A DNA stretch of 64,000 bases from Opitutia bacterium (GCA_947478395.1 CANJVR010000005.1:123603-187602); one strand, 5' to 3'. Positions 41,351-51,664 are shown, counted from the first letter of the stretch. Numbers and translations are program-made. Notes: generated by a model not told the origin, from the sequence alone.

Positions 41351-42474
41351 CGCGTCGAATAGGGGTCCGCCGCGTCACGCAGGCCGTCGCCGAGAAAATT
41401 GAAACACAGCACCGTCAGTACAATCATCACCACGGGCATCAAGAGCCACGGATACGTCGCCACGGTCTGGAGACTCAAACAGTCCTGCAGCATCACGCCC
41501 CAGCTGACGATCGGTGGCCGTAGCCCGAGCTGCAGGAACGAGAGCGATGTCTCACCGAGAATCATGGCCGGCACACCCATCGTCAGCACGACGATGATGT
41601 GGCTGGTGAACCCAGGTAACAGGTGCCGGAATAAAATTCGCGTGTGCGACGCCCCAAGCAGCCGCGCCGCCATCGCGTAATCTTCCTCGCGCAGGGCCAG
41701 AATTTTTCCCCGGACCACGCGAGCCAATCCAGTCCAACCAAGCAGACTCAGCACCAGCGTGATCGCGAAATAGGTCGAAAGCGGGGACCACTCCGCCGGC
41801 AGCACCGCCCCAAACGCGAGCCAGAGCGGAATCTGCGGGAACGCGTTAATCACCTCGATGACCCGCTGAATAAATGTGTCGGTCGCACCACCAAAATATC
41901 CGGAAATGCCCCCGATCACCGTGCCTAGGAAACAAGTCACCGCGATTGAAACCAGCCCCACCGACAGACTGATCCGCGCCCCGTGGATCAGTCGGCTGAA
42001 AATATCATGCCCGTATTTATCCGCGCCCAAAAAATAGAACGTCACCCGCCGGCCATCCATTCGCGTTTCGTTCGCGTTTTTGATCCCAAAAAAATGGCGG
42101 TCGCAGGAAAACAATCCCCAGAAAACGTAGGGTTCGCCTTTGACGAAGAATCCTAACTGCACCGCCGAGCCTTCCGCTTCGATGTAAGAGCGCTGGAAGG
42201 TCATCGGATCCACCCCCACCCGCATCGCCGGCACGTGCAGACCGTGGGACCAGGAATACTGCGGCAGCTGCGGTGGACAGTAGGCCATGGTCAAATCGCG
42301 CCATTGCCGCGGCTGGGGGGCAAAAAATTCTGCGGCCAGCGCGAGCGCGTACAACACGGCCAGCAAATAGAGCGACGCAACCGCCAGCCGATGACGGGCA
42401 AATCTGCGCCGGATCAGCGCCCACTGCGAAAGCGTGTCGATCGAGCCGTCAGGGGTGCTGGCAGGGATGGCCAC
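41347..42474 (-). CDS. Oligopeptide-type ABC transporter permease (OppC/DppC-like)
   Basis: RRFARHRLA, LGADKYGHDIFSRL..GARISL, EEDYAMAARLLGA (EAA motif), FNFLGDGLRDAADP. GTG start inferred. Confidence 0.9.
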   Translation of the reverse strand: MAIPASTPDGSIDTLSQWALIRRRFARHRLAVASLYLLAVLYALALAAEFFAPQPRQWRDLTMAYCPPQLPQYSWSHGLHVPAMRVGVDPMTFQRSYIEAEGSAVQLGFFVKGEPYVFWGLFSCDRHFFGIKNANETRMDGRRVTFYFLGADKYGHDIFSRLIHGARISLSVGLVSIAVTCFLGTVIGGISGYFGGATDTFIQRVIEVINAFPQIPLWLAFGAVLPAEWSPLSTYFAITLVLSLLGWTGLARVVRGKILALREEDYAMAARLLGASHTRILFRHLLPGFTSHIIVVLTMGVPAMILGETSLSFLQLGLRPPIVSWGVMLQDCLSLQTVATYPWLLMPVVMIVLTVLCFNFLGDGLRDAADPYSTR

Positions 42475-42806
42475 GAGTGAAGTTACCACGCCAAGCAAAA
42501 TGCCGGGGGCCGCATCGGCAAGCGACAATTCCCCCGCGAGCGGAGAACCGAATTTCCGGGGCGCGGAGCGGGCGAGCGTTTCAGAGGCGGGGAGGCAAAC
42601 GTTACTCGATCGGGCGGGGTCTGAGAGAAGTCGAACGGCCTAAACCGCCGCATTTGGCGCCGGCCACGTTTCGCCACCGGCCAAAGCTCGCGAACGCGTC
42701 AGGGATAACGCGGCCTACGCTCGTGCGCGGCCTCACTCAAAAAAATGCCTTCCGTCCTTTTGCTATGTTTGGTGTCTTTCATGGGCACCTCCGCCCCGTT
42801 TTTACT

Positions 42807-43814
42807 ATGAAAGCCTCTCGCCCCGTTTCCCTCCGCCGTCGCGCGTTTTTCCTCGTCGCCGGTTTGGCCCTCGCCGGCCTGCATCTCCACGCCGCCGCTC
42901 CCGCCGTGAAAATCGGCTTTCTCGTCAAACAACCCGAGGAACCCTGGTTTCAGCTCGAATGGAAATTCGCCGACCAGGCCGCGAAGGAACTGGGCTTCAC
43001 CCTCGTAAAAATTGGCGCGACCGACGGTGAAAAAGTTCTCGGCGCAATCGACAATCTCGCGGCCGGCGGCGCGCAGGGCTTCATCATTTGCACACCCGAT
43101 ACTCACCTCGGGCCCGGCATCGCGGCGAAGGCCCGCACGGCCAACTTGAAACTGCTGAGCGTGGACGACCAGTTCGTCGGCGCCGACGGCCAGCCGATGG
43201 CCAAGGTTCACCACCTCGGCATCTCTGCGGGCAAGATCGGGGAAAACGTCGGCGCGATCCTCGCCACCGAGATGAAGCAACGCGGCTGGTCCGCGGCCGA
43301 CACGGCCGTTTGCGCCGTGACTTTCGACGAACTCGCCACCGCGAAGGAACGCACCGAGGGAGCGATCGGCGCCCTGACGGCGGCCGGCTTCGCCAAGGAC
43401 AAAATCTTCCGCGCCCCACAGCGCACCAGCGATATCCCCGGCGCGTTCGACGCCGTAAATGTGCTCCTCACGCAAAAACCCGCCGTGAAGCACTGGCTCA
43501 TCTGCGGCATGAACGACAGCGCCGTCCTCGGCGCGGTCCGCGCGCTCGAAGGCCGCGGTTTCGCGGCCGACTCGTCGATCGGCGTCGGCATCAACGGTAC
43601 CGATTGCATCGTGGAATTCGAGAAATCGAAACCCACGTCGTTCTACGGCTCAATGCTCCTCTCCGCGAAACAGCATGGGTACCAAACCGCTGAAATGATG
43701 TTCAAATGGATCAAGGATGGCGTGGAGCCCGCGCTCGATTCGCGGACGATCGGCGTTCTCATCACGCGCGACACTTTCCGCCAGGTGCTAAAAGAACAGG
43801 GCATCCGCGAGTGA
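42807..43814 (+). CDS. araF: L-arabinose ABC transporter substrate-binding protein
   Basis: GFLVKQPEEPWFQ.EWKFAD, CTPD, DIPGAFDA, KHWLI.GMND..VLG.VRA.EG match AraF as recalled. Confidence 0.92.
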   Translation: MKASRPVSLRRRAFFLVAGLALAGLHLHAAAPAVKIGFLVKQPEEPWFQLEWKFADQAAKELGFTLVKIGATDGEKVLGAIDNLAAGGAQGFIICTPDTHLGPGIAAKARTANLKLLSVDDQFVGADGQPMAKVHHLGISAGKIGENVGAILATEMKQRGWSAADTAVCAVTFDELATAKERTEGAIGALTAAGFAKDKIFRAPQRTSDIPGAFDAVNVLLTQKPAVKHWLICGMNDSAVLGAVRALEGRGFAADSSIGVGINGTDCIVEFEKSKPTSFYGSMLLSAKQHGYQTAEMMFKWIKDGVEPALDSRTIGVLITRDTFRQVLKEQGIRE

Positions 43815-43847
43815 CCCAGGGAAACGCGGCCGCCGCTGAAAACCAAG

Positions 43848-43872
43848 GCGGACGAGGGCGTCCGCGCTCCCA
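43848..43872 (-). repeat. REP-like palindrome, family C
   Basis: GCGGACGAGGGCGTCCGCGCTCCCA is the exact reverse complement of 45386-45410. Confidence 0.8.
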
Positions 43873-43890
43873 TCTCTCACCACCCGTCGC

Positions 43891-45450
43891 GTGACCACTG
43901 TCCCTCTCGCCTTCGACCGTGTGGCGATGCAGTTCCCGGGCGTGAAGGCGCTCGACGATGTTTCTTTCTCGGTCCACGCCGGCTCGATTCACGCGTTGAT
44001 GGGGGAAAACGGTGCGGGCAAATCAACGCTGCTCAAAATTCTGAGCGGAGCCTACACGCCCTCCGCCGGCTCACTCGTCATCGACGGCCGGCCGCAGGTT
44101 TTTCGCCGCACGGTCGACGCCCTCGCCGCCGGGATCGCCGTGATTTATCAGGAGCTCCATCTCGTTCCCGAAATGAGCGTGGCGGAAAATCTTTTCCTCG
44201 GCCACCTGCCCCACCGTTTCGGAATCGTCAACCGCCGCGCCCTCGCCGAGGCCGCGCGCCAGCAACTCGCACTCATCGGCGAAACCATCGATCCTTGGAC
44301 CAAGCTGGGGGCGCTTTCCCTCGCGCAACGCCAGATGGTCGAGATCGCCAAGGCCCTCACCCGCGGCGCCCGGATCATCGCCTTCGATGAACCAACCAGC
44401 AGCCTCTCCGACCGCGAAGTCCGCCGGCTCTTCACCATCATTCGCGAGCTCAAAGCCCGCGGTTGCACCGTCCTCTACGTTTCCCATCGGATGGAGGAAA
44501 TTTTCGAGCTGTGCGATCGAATCACCATTCTGCGGGACGGCGGTCACGTTGAAACGAACGAACTCAGCCGCCTGACCCGCGACGTCGTCGTGCAACGCAT
44601 GGTTGGCCGCAATCTCGCCGACATCTACAACTACGCCCCACGGCCGCGCGCCGGCGCCGGGCTCGTGGTCGATGGCCTGAACGGTCCGGGTCTCGCCGAG
44701 CCCTGCTCCTTTTCGGCCGGCGCCGGCGAAATCCTTGGCTTTTTTGGTCTGATCGGCGCGGGCCGGTCCGAGCTGTTGCGGCTGCTGTTCGGCGCGGCGA
44801 AAAAGTCTGCCGGCCGCATCACACTCGCCGGCCAGGCACTGGAATTCGATTCACCCCGTGCGGCGATCGAAGCGGGCGTGGTGCTTTGTCCGGAAGACCG
44901 AAAAAAGGAAGGCATCGTGCCGGTACGGTCCGTCTTGGAAAACACCAACCTGAGCGCGCGCCGGCGCAAAGCCCGCGGCGGCATCCTCATCAACGAAACC
45001 TGGGAGCAAACGAACGCGCGCGAACGCACCGCCCAGCTCCGCGTGCGAACGCCGTCGGTGCGCCAGCTCATCCGCAATCTTTCCGGCGGCAACCAGCAGA
45101 AGGTCATTCTCGGACGGTGGCTTTCCGAACCGTTGAAGGTAATCCTCCTCGACGAGCCAACGCGCGGTATCGACGTGGGCGCGAAGAGCGAGATCTACGC
45201 CATCATACAGGATCTCGCGCGTCAGGGCGTCTGCGTAATTGTCGTCTCGAGCGAGCTACCCGAAATCCTCGGCGTCGCCGATCGCATCGCCGTCATGCGT
45301 CAGGGAAAAATCGCCGCGATCCTCGACCGCGCCGCCGCGACGGAAGAAAAACTGCTTAAGCTCGCCCTGCCGTTGGAGTCATCCCTGGGAGCGCGGACGC
45401 CCTCGTCCGCATTCACCAGAGCGGACGTGGGCGTCCGCGCTCCCACTTAA
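43891..45450 (+). CDS. araG: L-arabinose ABC transporter ATPase
   Basis: Two ABC domains; FPGVKALDDVS, GENGAGKSTL, QELHLVPEMSVAEN, LSGGNQQK; follows araF. Confidence 0.92.
   Translation: MTTVPLAFDRVAMQFPGVKALDDVSFSVHAGSIHALMGENGAGKSTLLKILSGAYTPSAGSLVIDGRPQVFRRTVDALAAGIAVIYQELHLVPEMSVAENLFLGHLPHRFGIVNRRALAEAARQQLALIGETIDPWTKLGALSLAQRQMVEIAKALTRGARIIAFDEPTSSLSDREVRRLFTIIRELKARGCTVLYVSHRMEEIFELCDRITILRDGGHVETNELSRLTRDVVVQRMVGRNLADIYNYAPRPRAGAGLVVDGLNGPGLAEPCSFSAGAGEILGFFGLIGAGRSELLRLLFGAAKKSAGRITLAGQALEFDSPRAAIEAGVVLCPEDRKKEGIVPVRSVLENTNLSARRRKARGGILINETWEQTNARERTAQLRVRTPSVRQLIRNLSGGNQQKVILGRWLSEPLKVILLDEPTRGIDVGAKSEIYAIIQDLARQGVCVIVVSSELPEILGVADRIAVMRQGKIAAILDRAAATEEKLLKLALPLESSLGARTPSSAFTRADVGVRAPT
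45386..45445. repeat. Inverted REP doublet (family C) inside the 3' end of araG
   Basis: TGGGAGCGCGGACGCCCTCGTCCGC-ATTCACCAGA-GCGGACGTGGGCGTCCGCGCTCCCA (24/25 inverted match). Confidence 0.88.
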
Positions 45451-45459
45451 TTCCTCTCC

Positions 45460-46431
45460 ATGTCCGCCCCCATTTCCCCTTCCTCTCCCGCCCCGCCCTC
45501 CGCCCTCGCCGGTTTCTTCGAAAAAGCCGGCATGCTCGTCGTCCTCGCGATCCTGTTCGTCGGTTGCTCCGTCTTCGTCGAAAATTTCTTTTCCTTCGCG
45601 AACATGAAGGGGCTGGCCCTCGCCGTCTCGATGACGGGCATGGTCGCCTGCACGATGCTTTTCTGTTTGGCCGCGGGCGACTTTGATTTGTCCATCGGCG
45701 CCGTCGTCGCCTGCGCTGGCGTGCTCGCGGGCGTCGTGATGAATCGAACCGAGAGCATCGCCTTAGGTGTATTGGCCGGACTCGGCGCCGGTGCGCTGGT
45801 CGGCTGGATCAACGGCCTGATTGTGGCCCGCCTGCGCATCAACGCCCTGATCACCACGCTCGCCACGATGCAGATCGTGCGGGGCGCCGGCTTTATTATT
45901 TCCGACGGCAAGGCCGTCGGCATCGGTCAGGAGGAATTTTTCACGCTGGGCACCTCGGCCCTGTTCGGCATTCCCACGCCAGTCTGGATCACCGCCGGAT
46001 GTTTTGGGATATTCGGCTTTATCCTGAATCGCACCGTCTTCGGCCGCGACACGCTGGCCGTCGGCGGCAACGCGGAGGCCGCTCATCTCGCCGGCATCGC
46101 CGTGGAGCGCGTGAAGATCGCCATCTTCACCGCGCAAGGTGTCATGGCCGCGTTTGCCGGCATCGTGCTCGCCTCGCGGATCACCAGCGGCCAGCCCAAC
46201 ACTTCGCAAGGCTTCGAGCTCGAGGTTATCTCGGCCTGCGTGCTCGGCGGCGTTTCACTCACCGGCGGCGTCGGCAGCATGACCTTCGTCATCGCCGGCG
46301 TGCTCATCATGGGCATCGTCCAAAACGCCATGAACCTGATGAACGTCGCGACGTTTTATCAATACGTCGCCCGCGGCCTGATCCTGCTCGCCGCCGTGCT
46401 CTTCGACCGTTGGAAGCGGCGGAAAGCCTAA
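45460..46431 (+). CDS. araH: L-arabinose ABC transporter permease
   Basis: CTMLFCLAAGDFDLS, INALITTLATMQIVRG, FELEVISACVLGGVSL. Confidence 0.92.
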   Translation: MSAPISPSSPAPPSALAGFFEKAGMLVVLAILFVGCSVFVENFFSFANMKGLALAVSMTGMVACTMLFCLAAGDFDLSIGAVVACAGVLAGVVMNRTESIALGVLAGLGAGALVGWINGLIVARLRINALITTLATMQIVRGAGFIISDGKAVGIGQEEFFTLGTSALFGIPTPVWITAGCFGIFGFILNRTVFGRDTLAVGGNAEAAHLAGIAVERVKIAIFTAQGVMAAFAGIVLASRITSGQPNTSQGFELEVISACVLGGVSLTGGVGSMTFVIAGVLIMGIVQNAMNLMNVATFYQYVARGLILLAAVLFDRWKRRKA

Positions 46432-46441
46432 CGGAAACACA

Positions 46442-46554
46442 CTAAAGCGGTTTCAGTTTTTCCGTGGCCATTTTGTGGAGCGGCAGGCGTCTCTGCCTGC
46501 CGGGTTCGGCGCCCTCGTTTCGGCCGGCAGGGACGCCTGCCGCTCCGTCGTTAG
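46442..46554 (-). repeat. Family A element, copy 3 (truncated at the DUF5107 gene stop)
   Basis: TTTTGTGGAGCGGCAGGCGTCTCTGCCTGCCGGGTTCGGC...GGCAGGGACGCCTGCCGCT. Confidence 0.85.
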
Positions 46555-49500
46555 TCCGCCAAATCCGCGGCGGCCGCGTGACTCGGATCCCGCCGCAGCA
46601 CGTCGCGCAACAATCGCCGCGCCGCCGCGCGCTCCCCCAAACCCAACCTCGCCTGGGCTTCGAGAAACTTCGCGGCGACCCGTTGACGCTCCAGCAAATC
46701 TTCGTCGAACAGCAACAGGGTCGGCAGCGACGTCGCGAAGTAATCGATCTTCGCCGGAACCTTCCCGAGCGCGCGAGCGTGGACGAGCAATTCCTTGAAT
46801 AGGCGGCGCGCCCCGGCCTTGCGGCCGAGTTTCTCCAAGGCTCGCGCTGACCAATAAGTCATTTCCGAAAACGCGCGCACTTTCATCTCATGAAAATCGC
46901 CGCGGAACGTCGCCGCCAACTTCCAGTGATGGTTCGCGCCCGTGACGTCTCCGACCGCGGTGCACGCCTCACCGAGCCAGAAGTAAATCTCACTTTGGTT
47001 CGCCAGGAGATGCTTCGCCTCGCCCAGATTTTTCGGCGCCGTCAGCGCCAAATCAAAATGACCGCGCGCCTTGCTCGCATCGCCGCTCGCCAGCGCGCTG
47101 CGCCCCAACGCTAGATGGGTGCGCACATGCTGGCCGAGCGCCAGGCCTTCGCCGCCTTCCCATGGTTGAAAGTTTCGCGTGGAAACAAGGTCGAGCGCCG
47201 CGGCGTGACGCCCCGTCTGATTGAGCAGCGCACCTAGCTCGATAGTCAGGTCGTCCCGTTCGGCGACCAGCTCACGATTTTTTTCGAGCATCCGCAGACG
47301 CACCGCCGGGGCCTCACCGAGCCGCTTCCAGAGCTGATCGCGTTCGTAAAGTATACGCGCGTCACGCGGATTGGCGCGGATCGCCCGCTCGTACGCCGCA
47401 CGGGCCTTGGTGGATTGCTTGGAAATGTTGAAATAACCCATCCCGAGATTACGCCAGACGACGGAAAAGCGCGGAGCCAGTCGGGCCGATTTTTCCCAGA
47501 GCCCGATCGCCTCGCGGTGCCGTCGCCGGTCATAGAGCAAATTGCCGAGATAGTAAGGCGCACGTGCCCCGCGCCGGTTCGTCGCGCATGCGAAATTCAA
47601 GACATGAATCTCCACGAGCCGCGCCGGGAAACAATAATCCGGTGCCGCCTTTTCCGCCGCCGCGAGGTGCGCGGGCACGCCCGCCATGTCACCTATTAAG
47701 TGACATTCCCACGCGAGCGTGTACGCGATGAGCGGGGCGGTACCGGCGGCGCCGCCCGCACCCGCGCCGATGGGAGCGGGCGTGGCCGCGAGCAGCGCAA
47801 TCGCGGCGGCATGCAAGCCGGCGCGACTGAAATCATGGGCGACGTCGAGCCGGATTTGAGCGTCGCCGATAAACACATCCCCGCGGAGATAACGCGCCCA
47901 CGCATCCAGCGGATCGAGCGCGAGCGTCGCCGCCAACCACGCATCCGCGTCAGAGGCGCGTCCGCTACGCCGCAGCACGATCACTTTCAGATTTCGCGCG
48001 CGCAGGTTGTCGGGGTTGAGCCGGAGCGCGGCATCAAGATGATCGAGCGCGGCGTTCCAATCGCCACGCCGACAATCGATCTCGGCCAGCGCATGAAACG
48101 CCGCGGGCTGCCACGCGTGATTCCACGTCGCCTTATAGAAGGCAGCGTAGGCATCAGCGAATTTCGAATTTCGATCTTCGCTTTTCAATTCCGACCAGGC
48201 GCGGTGCAGCAGCGTTTCGCCGAGATTATAAAATGGTTCACCGTCGGCGGGATTAGGATTGCGCGACGTCAACCGCGCGATCGCCGCCCGGAAACAGCGC
48301 TCCGCCTCCGCCCACTCGCCGCGGCGCAGATGCCAGAGGCCGAGCGCATTGTTCGAACGCGCATCGCCGGCGTCACGACGCAGCGCTTCCCGCCAGTAGT
48401 CGGCCGCGGAACGCGTCGCGTGGCGATATTGGTCGAGATGCAGGCCCGTGAGGTAGAGTTCGTCCGCGCTGGAAATTTCCGCCGGGATCGGCGGCTCGGT
48501 GGCTACCCCCGTCGTGGCATTCGAGATCGAAGCCGGCGGGGAAACACGCGGCGCGTAAGCGATGAGCTCGCGACCGTCGGTGGTGACGACCGCGACGCGC
48601 AATGCGGCCGGGCGGGTCCCGCGCGGCAACGCAATCGCTGCGGTGTGGGGCGCATCGGGGCCAAGATCGACGATCCGCTCGGAAACGATTTTGCCTCGAT
48701 TGAACAACCGGACGATCGCGCCCGGAAAACGCGCGGTTACTGAAACACCGACCTGCGCCACCCCGGATTCGAGGCGCAGACAAAGTGCAGCTTCAACATT
48801 GGCCTCCTGCGCGGGACCGATGGCGCGAATGGGGTACCAGTGGTGGCTCCAGGTTTTCGTTTCGCCGGGCTCGAGGAAGGAGAAGTCCGGCTGGTTGTCG
48901 GTGAAAACGCCGGCCATGAGTTCGATATACGGCGCGTATTCGCCGGTGACATCGGGATCGGTGAGATTGCGATCCCACGCGTAGCCGAACGCATGATTGC
49001 CCCAGGTCCATTGTTTCTTGCCCGGCGCGATGTGGCGATTTGCCACGTGCACCAATCCGGCGTGTTGGGCGTGATCGTAGCCGCCGAAAAAATCACCGGC
49101 CGAGCCGGTGCACATGTAGGACGTCGGCACGGGAATATTCGCGTACCACGACAGGTCGTTCGCCGGATAACCTCCGCCCGGCCGAAACTGCGTGGGTGCC
49201 TCGGACGCCGGCACGCCATCGCGCGCGCGGGCGCCATAGTTCACGCCATAATACGAACCGTCGGCCCGCGGAAACGTGCTCATCGCGCGCTTGGCGTGGT
49301 CGGCGACGCACGTCACGTCGGGCGGAAAAAATGACTGATAGCGCTCGTGCACGCGCGCAGCGACGTTGGCCCACCACAGAAAAGTCTGGCGCAGCGGCGT
49401 GCGGTTGTAGGCGCGCACTTTCACCTCGAGCACCGAGCGGCCCGGATGCAGGCAAACGCCGTGCATGCCCTTCATGCGGGCCATTGGATCGTGTTCGCTG

Positions 49501-49952
49501 AGCCAGACCGTGACGGACCCATCGGCGTGATTTTCGATCGCCGCTTCGGCCGGCATGAACGTCGACGGCCGGTGATGTTGCGGCCAGTTGAATTCGATGC
49601 CGCCACTGATCCACGGACCGGCGAGGCCGACGAGCGCTGGCTTGATCACGGGCTGACGGTAAATGAAATCGTAGCCGTTGGTCTTGTCGCGCGCCACGTG
49701 AATGCGGCCGCCGAGTTGCGGCAGGATCATCACGTAGAGAAATTCGTTTTCGAGGTGGATGGCATCCCACGCGCGATCGACCGGCCGCTCGGCGATGCGA
49801 TCGATGAAAGGCAGCGGATAAACTTGGCCGCTGCTGCCCTGATAAACCCGTTTCTCGAGGAACATCGGATTGAGATCCGCCCGCTGCGGCTCGTACGTCG
49901 GAAAAATCACGGCGTCGCGCCAGCAGCGAACGGAGGGAAGCTTCGGGTTCAT
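46551..49952 (-). CDS. DUF5107 domain plus TPR repeat protein
   Basis: PMFLEKRVYQGSSG.VYP, VIKPALVGLAGPWISGGIEFNWPQHHRP, GKKQWTWG, YIELMAGVFTDNQPDF, many TPRs, IDYFATSLP. ATG 49952 preferred. Confidence 0.85.
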   Translation of the reverse strand: MNPKLPSVRCWRDAVIFPTYEPQRADLNPMFLEKRVYQGSSGQVYPLPFIDRIAERPVDRAWDAIHLENEFLYVMILPQLGGRIHVARDKTNGYDFIYRQPVIKPALVGLAGPWISGGIEFNWPQHHRPSTFMPAEAAIENHADGSVTVWLSEHDPMARMKGMHGVCLHPGRSVLEVKVRAYNRTPLRQTFLWWANVAARVHERYQSFFPPDVTCVADHAKRAMSTFPRADGSYYGVNYGARARDGVPASEAPTQFRPGGGYPANDLSWYANIPVPTSYMCTGSAGDFFGGYDHAQHAGLVHVANRHIAPGKKQWTWGNHAFGYAWDRNLTDPDVTGEYAPYIELMAGVFTDNQPDFSFLEPGETKTWSHHWYPIRAIGPAQEANVEAALCLRLESGVAQVGVSVTARFPGAIVRLFNRGKIVSERIVDLGPDAPHTAAIALPRGTRPAALRVAVVTTDGRELIAYAPRVSPPASISNATTGVATEPPIPAEISSADELYLTGLHLDQYRHATRSAADYWREALRRDAGDARSNNALGLWHLRRGEWAEAERCFRAAIARLTSRNPNPADGEPFYNLGETLLHRAWSELKSEDRNSKFADAYAAFYKATWNHAWQPAAFHALAEIDCRRGDWNAALDHLDAALRLNPDNLRARNLKVIVLRRSGRASDADAWLAATLALDPLDAWARYLRGDVFIGDAQIRLDVAHDFSRAGLHAAAIALLAATPAPIGAGAGGAAGTAPLIAYTLAWECHLIGDMAGVPAHLAAAEKAAPDYCFPARLVEIHVLNFACATNRRGARAPYYLGNLLYDRRRHREAIGLWEKSARLAPRFSVVWRNLGMGYFNISKQSTKARAAYERAIRANPRDARILYERDQLWKRLGEAPAVRLRMLEKNRELVAERDDLTIELGALLNQTGRHAAALDLVSTRNFQPWEGGEGLALGQHVRTHLALGRSALASGDASKARGHFDLALTAPKNLGEAKHLLANQSEIYFWLGEACTAVGDVTGANHHWKLAATFRGDFHEMKVRAFSEMTYWSARALEKLGRKAGARRLFKELLVHARALGKVPAKIDYFATSLPTLLLFDEDLLERQRVAAKFLEAQARLGLGERAAARRLLRDVLRRDPSHAAAADLAD

Positions 49953-50229
49953 GCGCGCGGGAAAGATCAGGAGACAACCCACGCGGCCGACGTTGGCCAA
50001 GTGATAAGTACGTTCTTGTCCGTGCGCGTCCCACCGAGCGGACGAAGCCATCCCGCTGAATTTTTGTGGGCGGGGTGGCTCCCACCCCGCTTTGACGTTG
50101 CGCGCAGGACCTCGCTCTACCTCTTGCGCACATCCTGAACTGACCCGAACACGAAAGCTGGAAACACGTCCACTTTGCCTCAAACCTTGTCGTCTTCTCG
50201 TTTCCCGTTCTGCTTTCTTCGATTCCTCC

Positions 50230-51576
50230 ATGACCCCAACCCCCGCTCAATCCTGGTGGCGCATTCTCAATCGCGAACACTGGCTCGTCTTCGGCGTCGC
50301 CTCGCTCGCATGGCTTTTCGACTGCCTGGATCAGCAAATTTTTAACCTCGCCCGCGACGGTGCGATGGAAGCGCTCGTTCCGGACAAGAAACTCGCGACG
50401 GAATACGGCCCTTACACGACGTCGGTTTTCCTCGTGGGCTGGGCCTTCGGCGGACTGATCTTCGGCGCACTCGGCGACAAATACGGCCGGGCCAAAATGC
50501 TCACGTGGACGATCCTGCTCTATTCGGTCAGCACGGGACTGAGTTCATTTTCCACGGGCTTCGTCGATTTCAGCATCTATCGCTTGATCACCGGACTCGG
50601 CGTGGGCGGCGTGTTCGGTCTGGCCGTGGCCTTAGTGGCCGACACGGTGCCCGATCGCAGCCGCGCCCCTGCGCTGGGGCTGCTGCAGTCCTTATCCACA
50701 TGGGGCAATCTCGCCGCGGGCCTCATCGGCATGGGCTTGAGCGCACTCGCCGCCCGCAAACTGCTACCCCTCGGACTCGCGCATTGGCAGGTGATGTTTC
50801 TTGTCGGTGCGCTCCCGGCGTTTCTCTGCGTGTTCGTGATGAGCAAACTGAAAGAGCCGCAAAAATGGGTGGACGCCAAGGCGGCGGGCGAAAAACGCGG
50901 CGTAAAATTTGGTTCGTACCCGGCGCTCCTGGGCCATCCTCGTTGGAGGAAGCACGCGTGGCTCGGCCTCGTCGCTTGCAGCGCGGGTATCATCGGACTT
51001 TGGGGCATTGGCAATTTCCACCCGAAGATCGTGGGCGACATCGTGGAAAAAACGTTTGCCGCGATGCAGCTGTCTCCGGCCGAGATCGCTGACAAAAAGT
51101 CCTATTGGCGCTCGGCCGGGCTGCTGTTCCAGAATATCGGCGGTTTCCTCGGCATGCTCTCGCTCGCGAAGCTCGCCCAAGTCTGGGGCCGGCGCCCGGC
51201 CTTTGCCCTGGCGCTGTTGCTCTCGTTTCTATCGACGCTGCTTGTCTTCAAATTCATGCGCCAGCTGAGCGATCTGTATTGGATGCTCCCGATCATGGGT
51301 TTCGGGCAGCTTTCGGTTTTCGGCGTGTACGCGATTTATCTGCCGGAGCTTTTCCCCACGAGCCTGCGCAGTACGGGCACGAGTTTTTGTTACAACGTCG
51401 GGCGTTTTCTCGCGGCGACGGCGCCATTCACGATCAGCCAGATCACGAAACGCCTCGGCGGCGACATCGAGGGCTTCCGCACCGCCGGCATGTGGGTGAG
51501 TTTAGTGCTGCTGCTCGGCATCGCCGTGCTGCCGTTTCTGCCCGAGACGAAGGACCAGCCGCTGCCAGACGAGTGA
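50230..51576 (+). CDS. MFS transporter
   Basis: WLFDCLD, GALGDKYGR, RLITGLGVGG, YLPELFPT.LRSTG..FCYNVGR, LPETK. Confidence 0.92.
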   Translation: MTPTPAQSWWRILNREHWLVFGVASLAWLFDCLDQQIFNLARDGAMEALVPDKKLATEYGPYTTSVFLVGWAFGGLIFGALGDKYGRAKMLTWTILLYSVSTGLSSFSTGFVDFSIYRLITGLGVGGVFGLAVALVADTVPDRSRAPALGLLQSLSTWGNLAAGLIGMGLSALAARKLLPLGLAHWQVMFLVGALPAFLCVFVMSKLKEPQKWVDAKAAGEKRGVKFGSYPALLGHPRWRKHAWLGLVACSAGIIGLWGIGNFHPKIVGDIVEKTFAAMQLSPAEIADKKSYWRSAGLLFQNIGGFLGMLSLAKLAQVWGRRPAFALALLLSFLSTLLVFKFMRQLSDLYWMLPIMGFGQLSVFGVYAIYLPELFPTSLRSTGTSFCYNVGRFLAATAPFTISQITKRLGGDIEGFRTAGMWVSLVLLLGIAVLPFLPETKDQPLPDE

Positions 51577-51664
51577 AGCCTGAGCCGGCCGCCCGCGATT
51601 CAAGCCATCAGTTGCGGAGAGTCGGCCACGAAGCGGCATAAAACTTCTCCAAGGCTTTCGACGT

